Positions 1 through 10,064 of a stretch of 64,000 nt of DNA are shown here, in pieces. How positions within the stretch are numbered: the stretch's first letter is position 1; every line of letters starts with the position of its first letter. Under the pieces are notes generated by a model. The model saw nothing but the letters and a program-made list of their open reading frames with translations, was not told the DNA's origin and made no database searches. Source of the stretch: Burkholderiales bacterium (GTDB lineage: Bacteria > Pseudomonadota > Gammaproteobacteria > Burkholderiales > SG8-39). The stretch is from positions 2,477 to 66,476 of the forward strand of contig JBIOYV010000102.1 in NCBI GenBank assembly GCA_044870335.1. Reading direction: 5' to 3'. The position numbers and the translations under genes are program-made.

Positions 1-1
1 A

Positions 2-73
2 GCCGGATGCCGAGAGTTCTATCGGAAGCCGATTGATCCCACGAAGCTGGAAGAAATACTGGGCGAGCCGTAA
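2..73 (+). CDS. C-terminal end of a receiver-domain protein (partial, runs off window)
   Basis: Frame 2 reads AGCREFYRKPIDPTKLEEILGEP*, matching the AG....KP end of CheY-like receivers. Confidence 0.65.
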   Translation, partial: AGCREFYRKPIDPTKLEEILGEP

Positions 74-112
74 ATAGTAGTCGGGACATTGCGCTACGCC
101 GTTCAAAGACAA

Positions 113-856
113 GTGCCAAAACGCGACCTAGACGAGGCGAACAACCTCTACACCGCCCTGATGCGCGCCATCGTTGCGTGTCCGGCAGATCGCGACGATG
201 CCGCCGCCATCAGTTATGTGGCACAGCTTTGCGCGCGGGCGCTCGATACGATCAATGACGACGATGCCCGCGTAATAGTTCGCCAAATCGAAATCCTGGC
301 GAGACTTCTGTTCTCGGCCGGGGGCCATGTGGACGCGGTGGCGGGAACGCTGCGCGGGGTCGACGCGCTTAAGTTCCATCTTTTGAATGCCCTTAGCAAC
401 CTGCGCGGACGCTTGCAAGTGCTCCAGTCCGCGCGGCCGTTGACACCTGAGCAGCCGGCGCTCGAAGCGAAGAAGAACGTCCGGGTCCTGGTCGTAGAAG
501 ACGACCACGATTCAGCGTTGAGTCTGAAGAAGCTGCTCGAGCTTTGCGGATATTCGGTGACCATCGCCTACACCTGCGATGAGGGGCTGGAGGCGGCAGA
601 GAAGGCACCGCCCGACATCGTCCTTTGCGACATCGGGCTGCCCGACAGTGACGGATACGCATTCGCAACTGCGCTGCGGAGCAGGCCGGGGACTGCGGGC
701 ACGAGACTGATAGCCGTGACCGCTTATGGTAGCGAGCAGGACAAGAAGCGGTCGCACGAAGCGGGCTTCCACTTGCACTTGGTCAAGCCGGTAAGGCCGG
801 AGACCCTTCTAAAGGAACTCGATCAGCCCGTAAAAAGGCAAGTGAACGGCGCATGA
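113..856 (+). CDS. Response regulator: unrecognised ~115-aa N-terminal helical domain plus C-terminal receiver
   Basis: VLVVEDD, CDIGLP, AVTAYG and LVKPV motifs; GTG 113 chosen because the paralog at 2497 also starts MPKRDLD. Confidence 0.85.
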   Translation: MPKRDLDEANNLYTALMRAIVACPADRDDAAAISYVAQLCARALDTINDDDARVIVRQIEILARLLFSAGGHVDAVAGTLRGVDALKFHLLNALSNLRGRLQVLQSARPLTPEQPALEAKKNVRVLVVEDDHDSALSLKKLLELCGYSVTIAYTCDEGLEAAEKAPPDIVLCDIGLPDSDGYAFATALRSRPGTAGTRLIAVTAYGSEQDKKRSHEAGFHLHLVKPVRPETLLKELDQPVKRQVNGA

Positions 857-1121
857 AGGGGATTGCCAGCCACCACTTAGCCCGGTCGCTGTTCGTTCCG
901 GCGAAGCAGGGCTCGACCATCACTGCCACGTTTTGGTTTGCAAACCTTGTTACTTGCCTTTACTACCGTACTAACGCAGCCGAACGCTATCTGAAAAAAC
1001 TACAACGGCGAACGATGGATCGGTATCTGAATCTTTCTTACGCGTGCTTTTGAAATAGTTGGCTACTCCTGCCTGCCGCAAGGCGGTAAGTTGTCCGCCC
1101 GCGCTCAGAGTGAAGTTTCAA

Positions 1122-1502
1122 ATGGTGTCAACGATCTTGATAGTTGACGACGACCCCAACATGCGGGAACTCTTGGCGCTTCATCTCGGAAACGCAGGAT
1201 ACGAAGTTCAGACCGCGGAAGATGGCATCGCTGCTGGTTACCAAGTGCTCCGTAAGAAACCGGATTTGATCATCTGCGATATTCAAATGCCGCACCTTGA
1301 CGGCTTTGAGTTTGTTGGGGCGTTGCGCGGGGATCCTGGTGTACGAGACATTCCGGTTATCTTCTTGACCACCGCAACGGATGTGGAGCACCGCTGCAAA
1401 TCGTTGGGCGCGGCCGGCTACCTTCATAAGCCGACGCGAGCTGACAGACTGCTTGCGTTCATAGCCGAGAAAATCCGAGGCGGCCTTGTGCCGATGAACT
1501 GA
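1122..1502 (+). CDS. Single-domain CheY-like response regulator
   Basis: ILIVDDD, CDIQMP, FLT and HKP motifs; ATG at 1122. Confidence 0.9.
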   Translation: MVSTILIVDDDPNMRELLALHLGNAGYEVQTAEDGIAAGYQVLRKKPDLIICDIQMPHLDGFEFVGALRGDPGVRDIPVIFLTTATDVEHRCKSLGAAGYLHKPTRADRLLAFIAEKIRGGLVPMN

Positions 1503-1693
1503 AGCCAGCGGACCCTGACTGCCCGATGGAGGAGAGTTCCTCGGGTTGGATGTCGAACCGGCCGTGGCGGTGGCTGGGAGGGGGTGTGACGGCGCTCCGT
1601 CGACAACAATCTGCTTCGAGAAGGGGTCCATCAAGCGGTTCTTTGCACTGAGCCAGAGGCGGCTCGCCGATACCTGGTTGGCTCTTTGGCCGC

Positions 1694-1901
1694 CTAGCGG
1701 TGAGCCCTTGGCGACTTCCGGGGCGATTCGTCTTTCTGCCTGTCCTGCAACGTAGGGCAGGCCGGCTCGGCTTCGTCGAGGATCTCGATTACGCGGAAGA
1801 AGTAGCCCTTCGGAGGTGACAGCGCGACCGCCGAGTAGATGACAGGCGCGAGCTACGACTCGGCTTTGTAGAGTTCTTGGCAACGCTTCATGATGAGTCA
1901 A
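1694..1901 (-). pseudogene. Probable small HTH-like protein gene with internal deletion/frameshift
   Basis: SRVVARACHLLGGR in one frame joins LSPPKGYFFRVIEILDE in another; the central segment expected in this small-protein type is missing. Confidence 0.4.
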
Positions 1902-1974
1902 GGCCCGGTTCTTGGGTAGCCAAGGCTGCCTGTAATTGGCGTAAAGAAGCGACTACTCGTTATAGCAAAGCAGA

Positions 1975-2274
1975 TCAGCTGCGCATACATCGCGGTCTGC
2001 GCCCATGCTCCGAAACAAAGTCGTCCAAGAGTTCCGCTTGGCGCGCGACCGGGAAGCGATCCAATTCCCACCCGTAGTGGGTAGCCTTCTGCGTACAGGT
2101 GCCGTGGTCTCCCGCGTGGTGATCCTTTAGGCACGACCGAATGGTCGCCTTACCTGTTGCATGGCCGATGAAGATTAGCTCGTCGCCTTGCCAGAGCCAG
2201 TACACCCCGATTTGACTTGGGGCAGACCCGAATGTGGATTGCTCCAACGGGTAACGAGGGCTTTGAATTGCCAT
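1975..2274 (-). CDS. Small GIY-YIG-like protein, probably degenerate
   Basis: GVYWLWQGDELIFIG, TIRSCLKDH, RQAELL and PRCM follow GIY-YIG motif spacing. Confidence 0.7.
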   Translation of the reverse strand: MAIQSPRYPLEQSTFGSAPSQIGVYWLWQGDELIFIGHATGKATIRSCLKDHHAGDHGTCTQKATHYGWELDRFPVARQAELLDDFVSEHGRRPRCMRS

Positions 2275-2496
2275 CTTGTTTTAGCAGCCACGGAGTTTAA
2301 GAACGAAGCCGTCAAAAATCACGTCGGGATGCTCGGGGAAGTGGAGTCGGGAAAATCCCTTCAGTCGTAGTAGGCAACCTCAACGTCTCCTTTGAGACAA
2401 CGCATAGTGGATCTGAGAGCAGGTATTAATAAGTGTTGTCGTCTAACCATAGGCGTAGCATCAACGGGTGGGGTAACGCAGCCAGATTGAAAGAAC

Positions 2497-3234
2497 ATGC
2501 CCAAACGCGACCTAGACCACGCCCTTACCCTGCATGCAGCTCTGATGCAGGCAGTCTTAACTCAGCCTGGTGGGCGCGACGACCCTGTCGCGATGAGCCG
2601 GGTATCCAGTCTTTGCCAGGCCGCGGTTGAAATCGTCAATGATCTGGATGCGCGGGTTACGATTCGCGGCATTGAGAGCCTGGCGAGGCTGCTCTTTTCG
2701 ACGGATGGGCATGAGGGTATTGCAGCAGGCCCTATGCGTGGTGTCGACGCTCTAAAGTTCCAGCTGTACAACGCTCTAAGTAACCTGCGCGGTCGTATCC
2801 AGGAGCTTCAACGCAGAAAGCCTTCCGCGCCCGAATTGCCAGCGCTGTCCGCAAACAAGAACCTCCGCATCCTGATTGTGGAAGACAACAAAGACTCGGC
2901 AGAGAGCCTGCGGAAGCTGCTCGAGGTCTGCGGATACTCGGTGACTGTTGCCTACAGCAGCCAAGAAGGATTGGAGGCGGCACAGGTGACGCGGCCGGAT
3001 ATCGTGCTCTGCGATATCGGGCTGCCCGACAGCGATGGCTATTCGCTTGCTTCTGCTCTTCGAAGCAACCCGGCAACTGCCCGCGCGCGGTTGATCGCCG
3101 TGACGGCGTATGGCGCTGAGGAGGACAAACAGAAATCCCGCGCGGCCGGATTTCAACTCCATCTGGTGAAGCCGGTGGAACCTGAGAAGCTTCTTCAACA
3201 GCTCGAGCGACGAGCGACGAAGCGGCAGGCTTAG
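2497..3234 (+). CDS. Response regulator, paralog of 113..856
   Basis: Same architecture; shares ARLLFS, RGVDALKF, NALSNLRGR and CDIGLPDSDGY. Confidence 0.9.
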   Translation: MPKRDLDHALTLHAALMQAVLTQPGGRDDPVAMSRVSSLCQAAVEIVNDLDARVTIRGIESLARLLFSTDGHEGIAAGPMRGVDALKFQLYNALSNLRGRIQELQRRKPSAPELPALSANKNLRILIVEDNKDSAESLRKLLEVCGYSVTVAYSSQEGLEAAQVTRPDIVLCDIGLPDSDGYSLASALRSNPATARARLIAVTAYGAEEDKQKSRAAGFQLHLVKPVEPEKLLQQLERRATKRQA

Positions 3235-3410
3235 TCAAGCTCGCGACAGGACAGAATTCGCTTCCTCGGCCGGCTACGCGACTCGCTTCTGGCCACGCCC
3301 TGCGGCATCAAGAAAGACGACGTAGTTTGCACTTGACAGGGCCGCCCCTACCGGAAATTGCGGAGCGGCCCTGGCATGAAATCGTCTGTAACGCGATTAA
3401 ATTAACGCCC

Positions 3411-3623
3411 GTGAGGAACTTCATTCGCTACTTTCGGCGCGAGTCTGCTGGACATTGGGTTTGCATCAAGCCTTGCGAGATTGACCTTTCGAGTGGTCGT
3501 ATCCAAATTGCGGAAGGAACGCGATTCATCGAAGGGACGCGGTTCATGGACGTGGACATCGCCGGACTTCTGGATGCAGCTACGGCGCGGGCGAGCACCC
3601 ACGGTAGCTCCGCAATCCCGTAA
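3411..3623 (+). CDS. Small hypothetical protein
   Basis: MRNFIRYFRRESAGHWVCIKPCEIDLSSGRIQIAEGTRFIEGTRFMDVDIAGLLD is protein-like; GTG start after an AT-rich stretch. Confidence 0.6.
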   Translation: MRNFIRYFRRESAGHWVCIKPCEIDLSSGRIQIAEGTRFIEGTRFMDVDIAGLLDAATARASTHGSSAIP

Positions 3624-3682
3624 CCGTCGGCGCCGCGGACGCGGCCCCACGTTCAACGCCGGGCCAACCGGGCTACGTAGCC

Positions 3683-4834
3683 TTACGCTGCTTGTTTCAG
3701 CGCAAGCGCCTTGTCGGTCGCTTCCCAGGTGAACTCGGGTTCCTCGCGCCCGAAGTGCCCGTAGGCCGCGGTCTTCTCGTAGATCGGGCGCAGAAGATCG
3801 AGCATCTGGATGATGCCTCTCGGCCGCAGGTCGAAGTTCTCGAGCACGAGCTGCGAGAGCTTGTCGTCGGAGAGCTTGCCGGTGCCGTGCGTGGTGACCA
3901 TGACGCTCGTCGGCTGGGCGACGCCAATGGCGTAGGAGACCTGCACCAGGCATTTCGACGCAAGGCCGGCGGCGACGATGTTCTTCGCGACATAACGAGC
4001 CGCATACGCGGCTGAACGATCGACCTTCGACGGGTCCTTGCCCGAAAACGCTCCGCCGCCGTGCGGCGCCGAGCCGCCGTAGGTGTCGACGATGATCTTG
4101 CGGCCGGTGAGGCCGCAGTCGCCGGTGGGCCCGCCGATCTCGAACGAGCCGGTCGGGTTCACCAGGTACTTGATCTTGCCTTTCACCATGTGCTTGGGCA
4201 GCACCGGCTTGATCACGTTCTCGATCACCGCTTCCTCAATCTGCTTGTGGGTGATGCCCGGCGCATGCTGCGTCGAGAGCACCACGGTCTCGATCGATTC
4301 GGGCTTGCCGTTGACGTAGCGCAGGGTGACCTGCGACTTGGCGTCCGGGCGCAGCCACGGCAGCCGGCCGTCGCGACGCACCTCGGCCTGGCGCTCGACC
4401 AGGCGGTGCGAGAGGTAGATCGCCATCGGCATGAGATTCGGCGTCTCGTCGCAGGCATAGCCGAACATGAGGCCCTGGTCGCCCGCGCCCTGGTCGAGGT
4501 CGACAGGCCGATCCACGCCCTGGGCGATGTCGCGCGACTGCTCGCCGTAAGCGACGATCACCGTGCAGGTGTGGGTGTCGAAACCGATCTTCGGATCGGT
4601 ATAGCCGATGCGCTGGATGGTCTTGCGCGCGACCGCGTCGAAGTTCACCCGGGCATTGGTGGTGATCTCGCCCGCGAGCACCACGAGGTTGTTCTTCACC
4701 AGGGTCTCCGCGGCGACGCGCGAGCGGGGGTCCTGGGCTAAAATCGCGTCGAGCACCGCGTCGGAGATCTGGTCGGCGACCTTGTCCGGATGCCCTTCGG
4801 ACACCGATTCGGAAGTAAACAGAAATTCGCTCAT
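3683..4834 (-). CDS. metK: S-adenosylmethionine synthetase
   Basis: [35 protein letters not shown]. Confidence 0.98.
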   Translation of the reverse strand: MSEFLFTSESVSEGHPDKVADQISDAVLDAILAQDPRSRVAAETLVKNNLVVLAGEITTNARVNFDAVARKTIQRIGYTDPKIGFDTHTCTVIVAYGEQSRDIAQGVDRPVDLDQGAGDQGLMFGYACDETPNLMPMAIYLSHRLVERQAEVRRDGRLPWLRPDAKSQVTLRYVNGKPESIETVVLSTQHAPGITHKQIEEAVIENVIKPVLPKHMVKGKIKYLVNPTGSFEIGGPTGDCGLTGRKIIVDTYGGSAPHGGGAFSGKDPSKVDRSAAYAARYVAKNIVAAGLASKCLVQVSYAIGVAQPTSVMVTTHGTGKLSDDKLSQLVLENFDLRPRGIIQMLDLLRPIYEKTAAYGHFGREEPEFTWEATDKALALKQAA

Positions 4835-4876
4835 TGCGTGCGCCTTCTTGTGGGAGGGCGCAAGGATACCAAAATC

Positions 4877-5719
4877 TTGTCTTTCCCCAGCGTTCTCCTG
4901 CGTCTCGCCGGGAAGCTGCCGCTGCCGCTGTTGCACGCGTTGGGAAGCGTCCTCGGCTGGCTGATCTATGGGATCTCGCCCACCTATCGGAGGAACCTGC
5001 GCGCCAATCTGCGGCAGGCCGGCTATACCGACGCGCGCACCCGCCGCGCGGCGATCGGCGCGGCGGGCAAGATGCTCACCGAGCTGCCGGCGCTGTGGTT
5101 CCGACCGCACGCCGAGGCCGCGGCGATGGTGCGCGAGGTGCACGGCATGGAGCTGGCGCTCGCCGCACGCGAGGACGGGAAGCCGGTGCTCTTCCTCACG
5201 CCGCACATAGGCTGCTTCGAGGTCACCGCGCAATACGCCGCGCTGCACATGCCGCTCACCGTGGTCTACCGGCCGCCCAAGATCCGCTGGCTCGAGCCGC
5301 TCATGCGCGAAGGGCGCGCCCGGCCGAACGTGCGCCTCGTGCCGGCCGACTTGAGCGGCGTGCGCGCGATCTTCAAGGCGCTGCGCGACGGCGAGGCGGT
5401 CGGCTTGCTGCCCGACCAGGTGCCCGGCGAAGGCGAAGGCGACTGGGCCGATTTCTTCGGCCGCCCGGCGTACACCATGACCCTCGCCGCCCGGCTCGCG
5501 GAGCGCGAAGGCGTGCGCTGCTTTCTCGTCTTCGGGCGCAGGCTCCCGTGGGGGCGCGGCTACGAGATGCGGCTGAAGCCCTTTCCGGAAAGGCTCGCGG
5601 GTGAAACCGCGACCCGGCGGCTCAACCGCGCGCTCGAGGACCTGGTGCGCGAATGCCCCGGCCAGTACCTCTGGAGCTACAACCGCTACAAGGTGCCGAG
5701 AGGAGCGCGACCTGCTTAG
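4877..5719 (+). CDS. Lipid A late acyltransferase (LpxL/HtrB family)
   Basis: [32 protein letters not shown]; start approximate (TTG). Confidence 0.88.
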   Translation: MSFPSVLLRLAGKLPLPLLHALGSVLGWLIYGISPTYRRNLRANLRQAGYTDARTRRAAIGAAGKMLTELPALWFRPHAEAAAMVREVHGMELALAAREDGKPVLFLTPHIGCFEVTAQYAALHMPLTVVYRPPKIRWLEPLMREGRARPNVRLVPADLSGVRAIFKALRDGEAVGLLPDQVPGEGEGDWADFFGRPAYTMTLAARLAEREGVRCFLVFGRRLPWGRGYEMRLKPFPERLAGETATRRLNRALEDLVRECPGQYLWSYNRYKVPRGARPA

Positions 5720-6590
5720 CCGACTGCTTGGCCGCGTTTTCGTCGGATTCATGTGGCTGGTGCGCTTCCTCCCGTTCCGCGCCGTCGCGGCGATCGGCGA
5801 GGCGATGGGATCGGTCGTGTTCTGGCTCATCCCGGAGCGGCGCAAGGTCACGCGCGTCAACCTCGCCAAATGTTTTCCCCACTGGAGCGAGGAGCGGCGC
5901 GAGGCGATCGCGCGCGCCCACTTTCGCGCCTTCCTGCGAAGCTTCATCGACCGGGGCATCCTGTGGTGGTCGGCGCCCGAGCGCGTCGAGGCGCTGGTTC
6001 GGCTCGAGGGCTTCGAGCATCTTCAGGCCCTCGCGGGCCAGCGCATCGTGCTCTTCGCCCCCCACTTTCTCGGCCTGGATGCGGGCGGAATCCGGCTCGC
6101 GAAGCAGTGGCCGCGCATGGCGAGCATGTACTCGCGCCAGAAGGATCCGCTGCTCGACCGGCTGCTCCACGCGGGGCGGCTGCGCTTCGGCGGCGCGATC
6201 TATCCGCGGCAGGCGGGCATCCGCAAGATCCTGCGCGCGGTGCAGGCCGGCGAAGCCTTCTATTACCTTCCCGACATGGATTTCGGCCCGAAGGCGTCAG
6301 TGTTCGTGCCGTTCTTCGGCGTGCCGGCCGCGACGACCGTCGGACTGTCGTATATTGCCCGCATCACGGGCGCCCGCGTCGTGCCCTGCGTTACGCGCAT
6401 GCTGGCCGACGGCCGCTATGTCGCACGGCTCTACCCGCCGCTGGAAGGCTTTCCGACCGGCGACGACACGGCCGACGCGCGGCGCATGCTGGCCTTCATC
6501 GAGGAACGCGTGCTGGAGATGCCCGAGCAGTACCTGTGGATGCACAAGCGGTTCAAGACCCGCCCGCAGGGGGAAGCAAAATTCTATTGA
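5712..6590 (+). CDS. Second lipid A late acyltransferase (LpxL family)
   Basis: [35 protein letters not shown]; start either CTG 5712 after AGGAG or ATG 5751. Confidence 0.9.
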   Translation: MLSRLLGRVFVGFMWLVRFLPFRAVAAIGEAMGSVVFWLIPERRKVTRVNLAKCFPHWSEERREAIARAHFRAFLRSFIDRGILWWSAPERVEALVRLEGFEHLQALAGQRIVLFAPHFLGLDAGGIRLAKQWPRMASMYSRQKDPLLDRLLHAGRLRFGGAIYPRQAGIRKILRAVQAGEAFYYLPDMDFGPKASVFVPFFGVPAATTVGLSYIARITGARVVPCVTRMLADGRYVARLYPPLEGFPTGDDTADARRMLAFIEERVLEMPEQYLWMHKRFKTRPQGEAKFY

Positions 6591-7510
6591 GAGTCGGGGT
6601 CCTGGGCGCGGGCCACATGGGCCGCTACCACGCGGAGAAATTCGCCGCGCGCAGCGATTGCCGGCTGGTCGGCGTGGCCGACCTGGAGCTCGCGCGCGCG
6701 CAGGCGCTCGCTTCGAAGCTCGGATGCCCCGCCTTCTCCGGCCCGGACGAGCTGCTGAAACTCGCCGACGCGGCGGTGGTGGCCGTGCCGACGGAGCGCC
6801 ACCACGAAGTCGCCGCCGCCTGCCTCGAGGCGGGACTGCACGTGCTGGTCGAGAAGCCGATCGCGGCCGATCTTGCGCAATCGGATGAATTGATTTCCCG
6901 GGCAAAAAAGAACAACCGGGTGCTGCAGGTCGGGCACGTGGAGCGCTACAACGCGGCGTTCCGCGCGCTCGCCGCGCGCATGCAACGGCCGCTCTTGATC
7001 GATGCCGAACGCCTTTCCGGGTTCAAGCGGCGCGGCGCGGACGTCGACGTGATGCTCGACCTCATGATCCACGACATCGATCTGTGCCTCGCGCTCGCAC
7101 GCTCCGAGGTGGCCGACCTCAGCGCTTGCGGCTTTCGCGTCCTGACGCAGGAGATCGACATCGCGACCGCGCGCATCGAGTTCGCCGATGGCTGCGTGGC
7201 GAACCTTTCGGCGAGCCGGGTGAGCCAGGTGCCGGTGCGCAAGCTCCGGGTGTTCCAGCCGGGCCTCTACGTGTCGGCCGACCTTCAGGCGGGCAGCCTC
7301 CGCTACGTCGGCCAGGTCCAGGGTGCGATCGAGGAGCAGGAGGAAAGCCATGCAGGCGGCGACGCGCTTGCCTCCCAGGCGGAGGCCTTCGTGAAGGCGA
7401 TCCAGGGAGCCTCGGCCTGCGGCGTGGACGGCGAGGGCGGCCGCAGGGCGCTGGGGCTGGCGCTGGAAGTGGGCAGGCTGGTGCGCGAGCGCCTGCGGAG
7501 GTTCGGGTGA
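6587..7510 (+). CDS. Gfo/Idh/MocA NAD-dependent oxidoreductase (GnnA-like)
   Basis: GVLGAGHMG, VEKPI, VGHVERYN, DLMIHDID, ASRVS. Confidence 0.85.
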   Translation: MRVGVLGAGHMGRYHAEKFAARSDCRLVGVADLELARAQALASKLGCPAFSGPDELLKLADAAVVAVPTERHHEVAAACLEAGLHVLVEKPIAADLAQSDELISRAKKNNRVLQVGHVERYNAAFRALAARMQRPLLIDAERLSGFKRRGADVDVMLDLMIHDIDLCLALARSEVADLSACGFRVLTQEIDIATARIEFADGCVANLSASRVSQVPVRKLRVFQPGLYVSADLQAGSLRYVGQVQGAIEEQEESHAGGDALASQAEAFVKAIQGASACGVDGEGGRRALGLALEVGRLVRERLRRFG

Positions 7511-8610
7511 GCCGGCCGATTTCCATCCCCATGGCGGATCCCGCAGGCGAGTACCGCCTGCTCAAGGGCGAGATCGACGCCGCGGTGAGCCGCGTGCTGG
7601 CGTCGGGCCGCTACGTTCTCGGTCCCGAGGGCGAAGCGCTCGAGCGCGAGCTCGCCGCCTATGTGGGCGCGCGGCACGCGGTGGGCTGCAATTCGGGCAC
7701 CGACGCGCTGCATCTGGCGCTGGTCGCCGCGGGCGTCGGGCCCGGGGACGAGGTGATCGTCCCGGCGTTCACGTTCTTCGCCACCGCCGAAGCCGTTTCC
7801 CATACCGGAGCCAAGCCGGTATTCGCCGACGTCGACCCGGAGACTTTCAATCTCTCCGCCGAGTCCCTGAGCGAGAGAATGACCTCGAAAACAAGGGCCG
7901 TGATCGCAGTCCACCTCTTCGGGCAGTGCGCCGATCTCGCCCGCATCGCCGAGCTTTGCCGCGCCCGCAGCCTCCTGCTGATCGAGGACTGCGCGCAGGC
8001 GCTCGGCGCCGAATATGAAGGGAAGCGCGCGGGCGCCTGGGGCGATTTCGGCTGCTTCTCGTTCTACCCGACCAAGAACCTGGCGGCGGTGGGCGACGCC
8101 GGCATGATCACCACCACCAACTCCGACCACGATGAGACGCTGAGGATGCTGCGCCATCACGGCAGCCGGCAGACGTACCTGCACGAGCGCGTGGGCTGGA
8201 ACAGCCGCCTCGACGAGATCCAGGCCGCGGTGCTGCGGGTCAAGCTCGGCCGCCTGGACGAGTTCAATGCCGCGCGCCGGCGCGTGGCGCAACGTTACCG
8301 GCAGAAGCTGAAGGGCGTGCAGCCGCCGGTCGAGGACGCGCGCGGCACGCACGTCTATCACCAGTTCACCGTGCGCAGCGCCCGGCGCGACGCCGTGCGG
8401 GAGGCGCTCGCGCGCGACGGCATCGCCGCCTCGGTTTTCTACCCGATGCCGCTGCACCGGCAGCCCGCCTACGAGGCGGCGAACCGCGGCACGTCGCTTC
8501 CCGCGTCCGAGGCCGCGGCGAAGACGGTGCTCTCGCTTCCGATCCATCCGCTGCTCGCCGATGCCTCGGTCGACCGGATCTGCGCCCGGGTGGAGGCGGC
8601 GCTCGCATGA
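7507..8610 (+). CDS. DegT/DnrJ/EryC1/StrS aminotransferase (GnnB-like)
   Basis: [33 protein letters not shown]. Confidence 0.92.
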   Translation: MSRPISIPMADPAGEYRLLKGEIDAAVSRVLASGRYVLGPEGEALERELAAYVGARHAVGCNSGTDALHLALVAAGVGPGDEVIVPAFTFFATAEAVSHTGAKPVFADVDPETFNLSAESLSERMTSKTRAVIAVHLFGQCADLARIAELCRARSLLLIEDCAQALGAEYEGKRAGAWGDFGCFSFYPTKNLAAVGDAGMITTTNSDHDETLRMLRHHGSRQTYLHERVGWNSRLDEIQAAVLRVKLGRLDEFNAARRRVAQRYRQKLKGVQPPVEDARGTHVYHQFTVRSARRDAVREALARDGIAASVFYPMPLHRQPAYEAANRGTSLPASEAAAKTVLSLPIHPLLADASVDRICARVEAALA

Positions 8611-9398
8611 AGCTCGCGTTCACCAAGATGCACGGCGCGGGGAACGATTTCGTGGTCATCGATGCGACGAAGGAGCCGTTCGCCCTGTCGCGCGCGCAGC
8701 TCCAGCGCCTCGCGGACCGGCATCTTGGCGTCGGCTGCGACCAGGTCCTGGTGGTCGAGCCGGGCGGCGGCGACAGCGACTTCCGCTACCGCATCTTCAA
8801 CGCCGACGGCGGCGAGGTCGAGCAGTGCGGCAACGGCGCTCGCTGCTTCGTGAAGTTCGTCCACGGCAAGGGCCTCACCGCCAAGCGCGAGCTGCGCGTG
8901 CGCACGCTCGGCGGGACCATCGTTCCGCGCCTGGAAGCCGACGGCGAGGTGAGCGTGAACATGGGCCCTCCTACCCCGCCACAATGGGAAAAACTGAGCG
9001 TCGACCGCGACACGGTGGAGCTCGCCATTCTCTCGATCGGAAATCCGCACGCCGTCCAGGTCGTGGCAGACGTCGACTCCGCGCCGGTCGGCACCCAGGG
9101 TCCGAGGCTCGAGCGCCATGCGCGCTTTCCCAGCCGCGTGAACGCCGGCTACATGCAGGTGCAAGACCGGCACCGGATCGCGCTGCGCGTGTGGGAGCGC
9201 GGTGCGGGCGAGACGCTCTCTTGCGGAACCGGCGCGTGCGCCGCGGTGGTCGCCGGAATCGCGCGCGGGCTGCTCGACTCGCCGGTGCAGGTCGAAACCC
9301 GCGGCGGAACGTTGACCATCTCTTGGGCCGGCGGTAACAATGCGGTGTGGATGAAAGGCCCCGCCGAGACGGTGTACGAAGGTACCCTGGACGTCTGA
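8607..9398 (+). CDS. dapF: Diaminopimelate epimerase
   Basis: [31 protein letters not shown]. Confidence 0.97.
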   Translation: MKLAFTKMHGAGNDFVVIDATKEPFALSRAQLQRLADRHLGVGCDQVLVVEPGGGDSDFRYRIFNADGGEVEQCGNGARCFVKFVHGKGLTAKRELRVRTLGGTIVPRLEADGEVSVNMGPPTPPQWEKLSVDRDTVELAILSIGNPHAVQVVADVDSAPVGTQGPRLERHARFPSRVNAGYMQVQDRHRIALRVWERGAGETLSCGTGACAAVVAGIARGLLDSPVQVETRGGTLTISWAGGNNAVWMKGPAETVYEGTLDV

Positions 9399-9419
9399 AT
9401 CCATAACTACAACAACCCG

Positions 9420-10064
9420 ATGACGAACGACGAAATCGCCCGCTTCCTGCGCACGCATCCGAAGTTCTTCGACCAGCACCCCGAGCTTCTCGAGACCATC
9501 TACGTTCCGCATCCGTACGGCGGGCGCGCGATCGCGCTCTCGGAGCGCCAGACGGTGGCGCTGCGCGAGAAGGTGAAGCTGCTCGAAGGCAAGCTCGCCG
9601 AGATCATCAAGTTCGCCGAGGAGAACGACGCCATCGGCGAGAAGGTGCACCGCCTGTCGGTGGCGCTCGCCGGCGCGCGCGACTTCCCCGCGCTGGTGCA
9701 TTCGCTCTACTTCCATCTGCGCGAGGACTTCGCAGTGCCGCACGTGGCGCTGCGCGTGTGGGGCAAATCCGTTCCCGCGGACTTCCAGGAGGCCGACGCG
9801 CTGAGCGAGGCCCAGCGCCAGCAGGCCGAGAGCATGCCGGCGCCGCACTGCGGCCCCGCCTCGGGCAGCGTTTTCGCGCCCTGGTTCCGAGAGGCAGCCG
9901 AGCACGTGCGCTCGCTCGCGCTCGTGCCGCTCAGCCAGAGCGCGGTGTTCGGGCTGCTCGCGCTCGGCAGCGAGGACCCGCAGCGCTTCTTCCCCGAGAT
10001 GGGGACGCTTTACCTTCGTCGCATCGGCGAGCTATGCGCGGCCGGAGTGACGGCCCGGCTCTAG
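9420..10064 (+). CDS. DUF484 (YigA-like) protein
   Basis: HPKFF, SLSERQ-like segment, RFFPEMGTLYL; canonical position between dapF and xerC. Confidence 0.9.
   Translation: MTNDEIARFLRTHPKFFDQHPELLETIYVPHPYGGRAIALSERQTVALREKVKLLEGKLAEIIKFAEENDAIGEKVHRLSVALAGARDFPALVHSLYFHLREDFAVPHVALRVWGKSVPADFQEADALSEAQRQQAESMPAPHCGPASGSVFAPWFREAAEHVRSLALVPLSQSAVFGLLALGSEDPQRFFPEMGTLYLRRIGELCAAGVTARL

Noticed and set aside
853-1053. 66-aa ORF between response regulators
   Set aside because: No recognisable motif; AT-rich region more consistent with promoter DNA
2346-2361. GTCGGG-AAAA-TCCCTT as another copy of the ATCGGG-N4-CCCGAT operator
   Set aside because: Only one half-site matches; too weak without a PWM
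3683-5959. 758-aa ORF suggesting MetK with a long N-terminal extension
   Set aside because: The extension is the stop-free antisense frame of the lpxL genes; MetK starts at 4834
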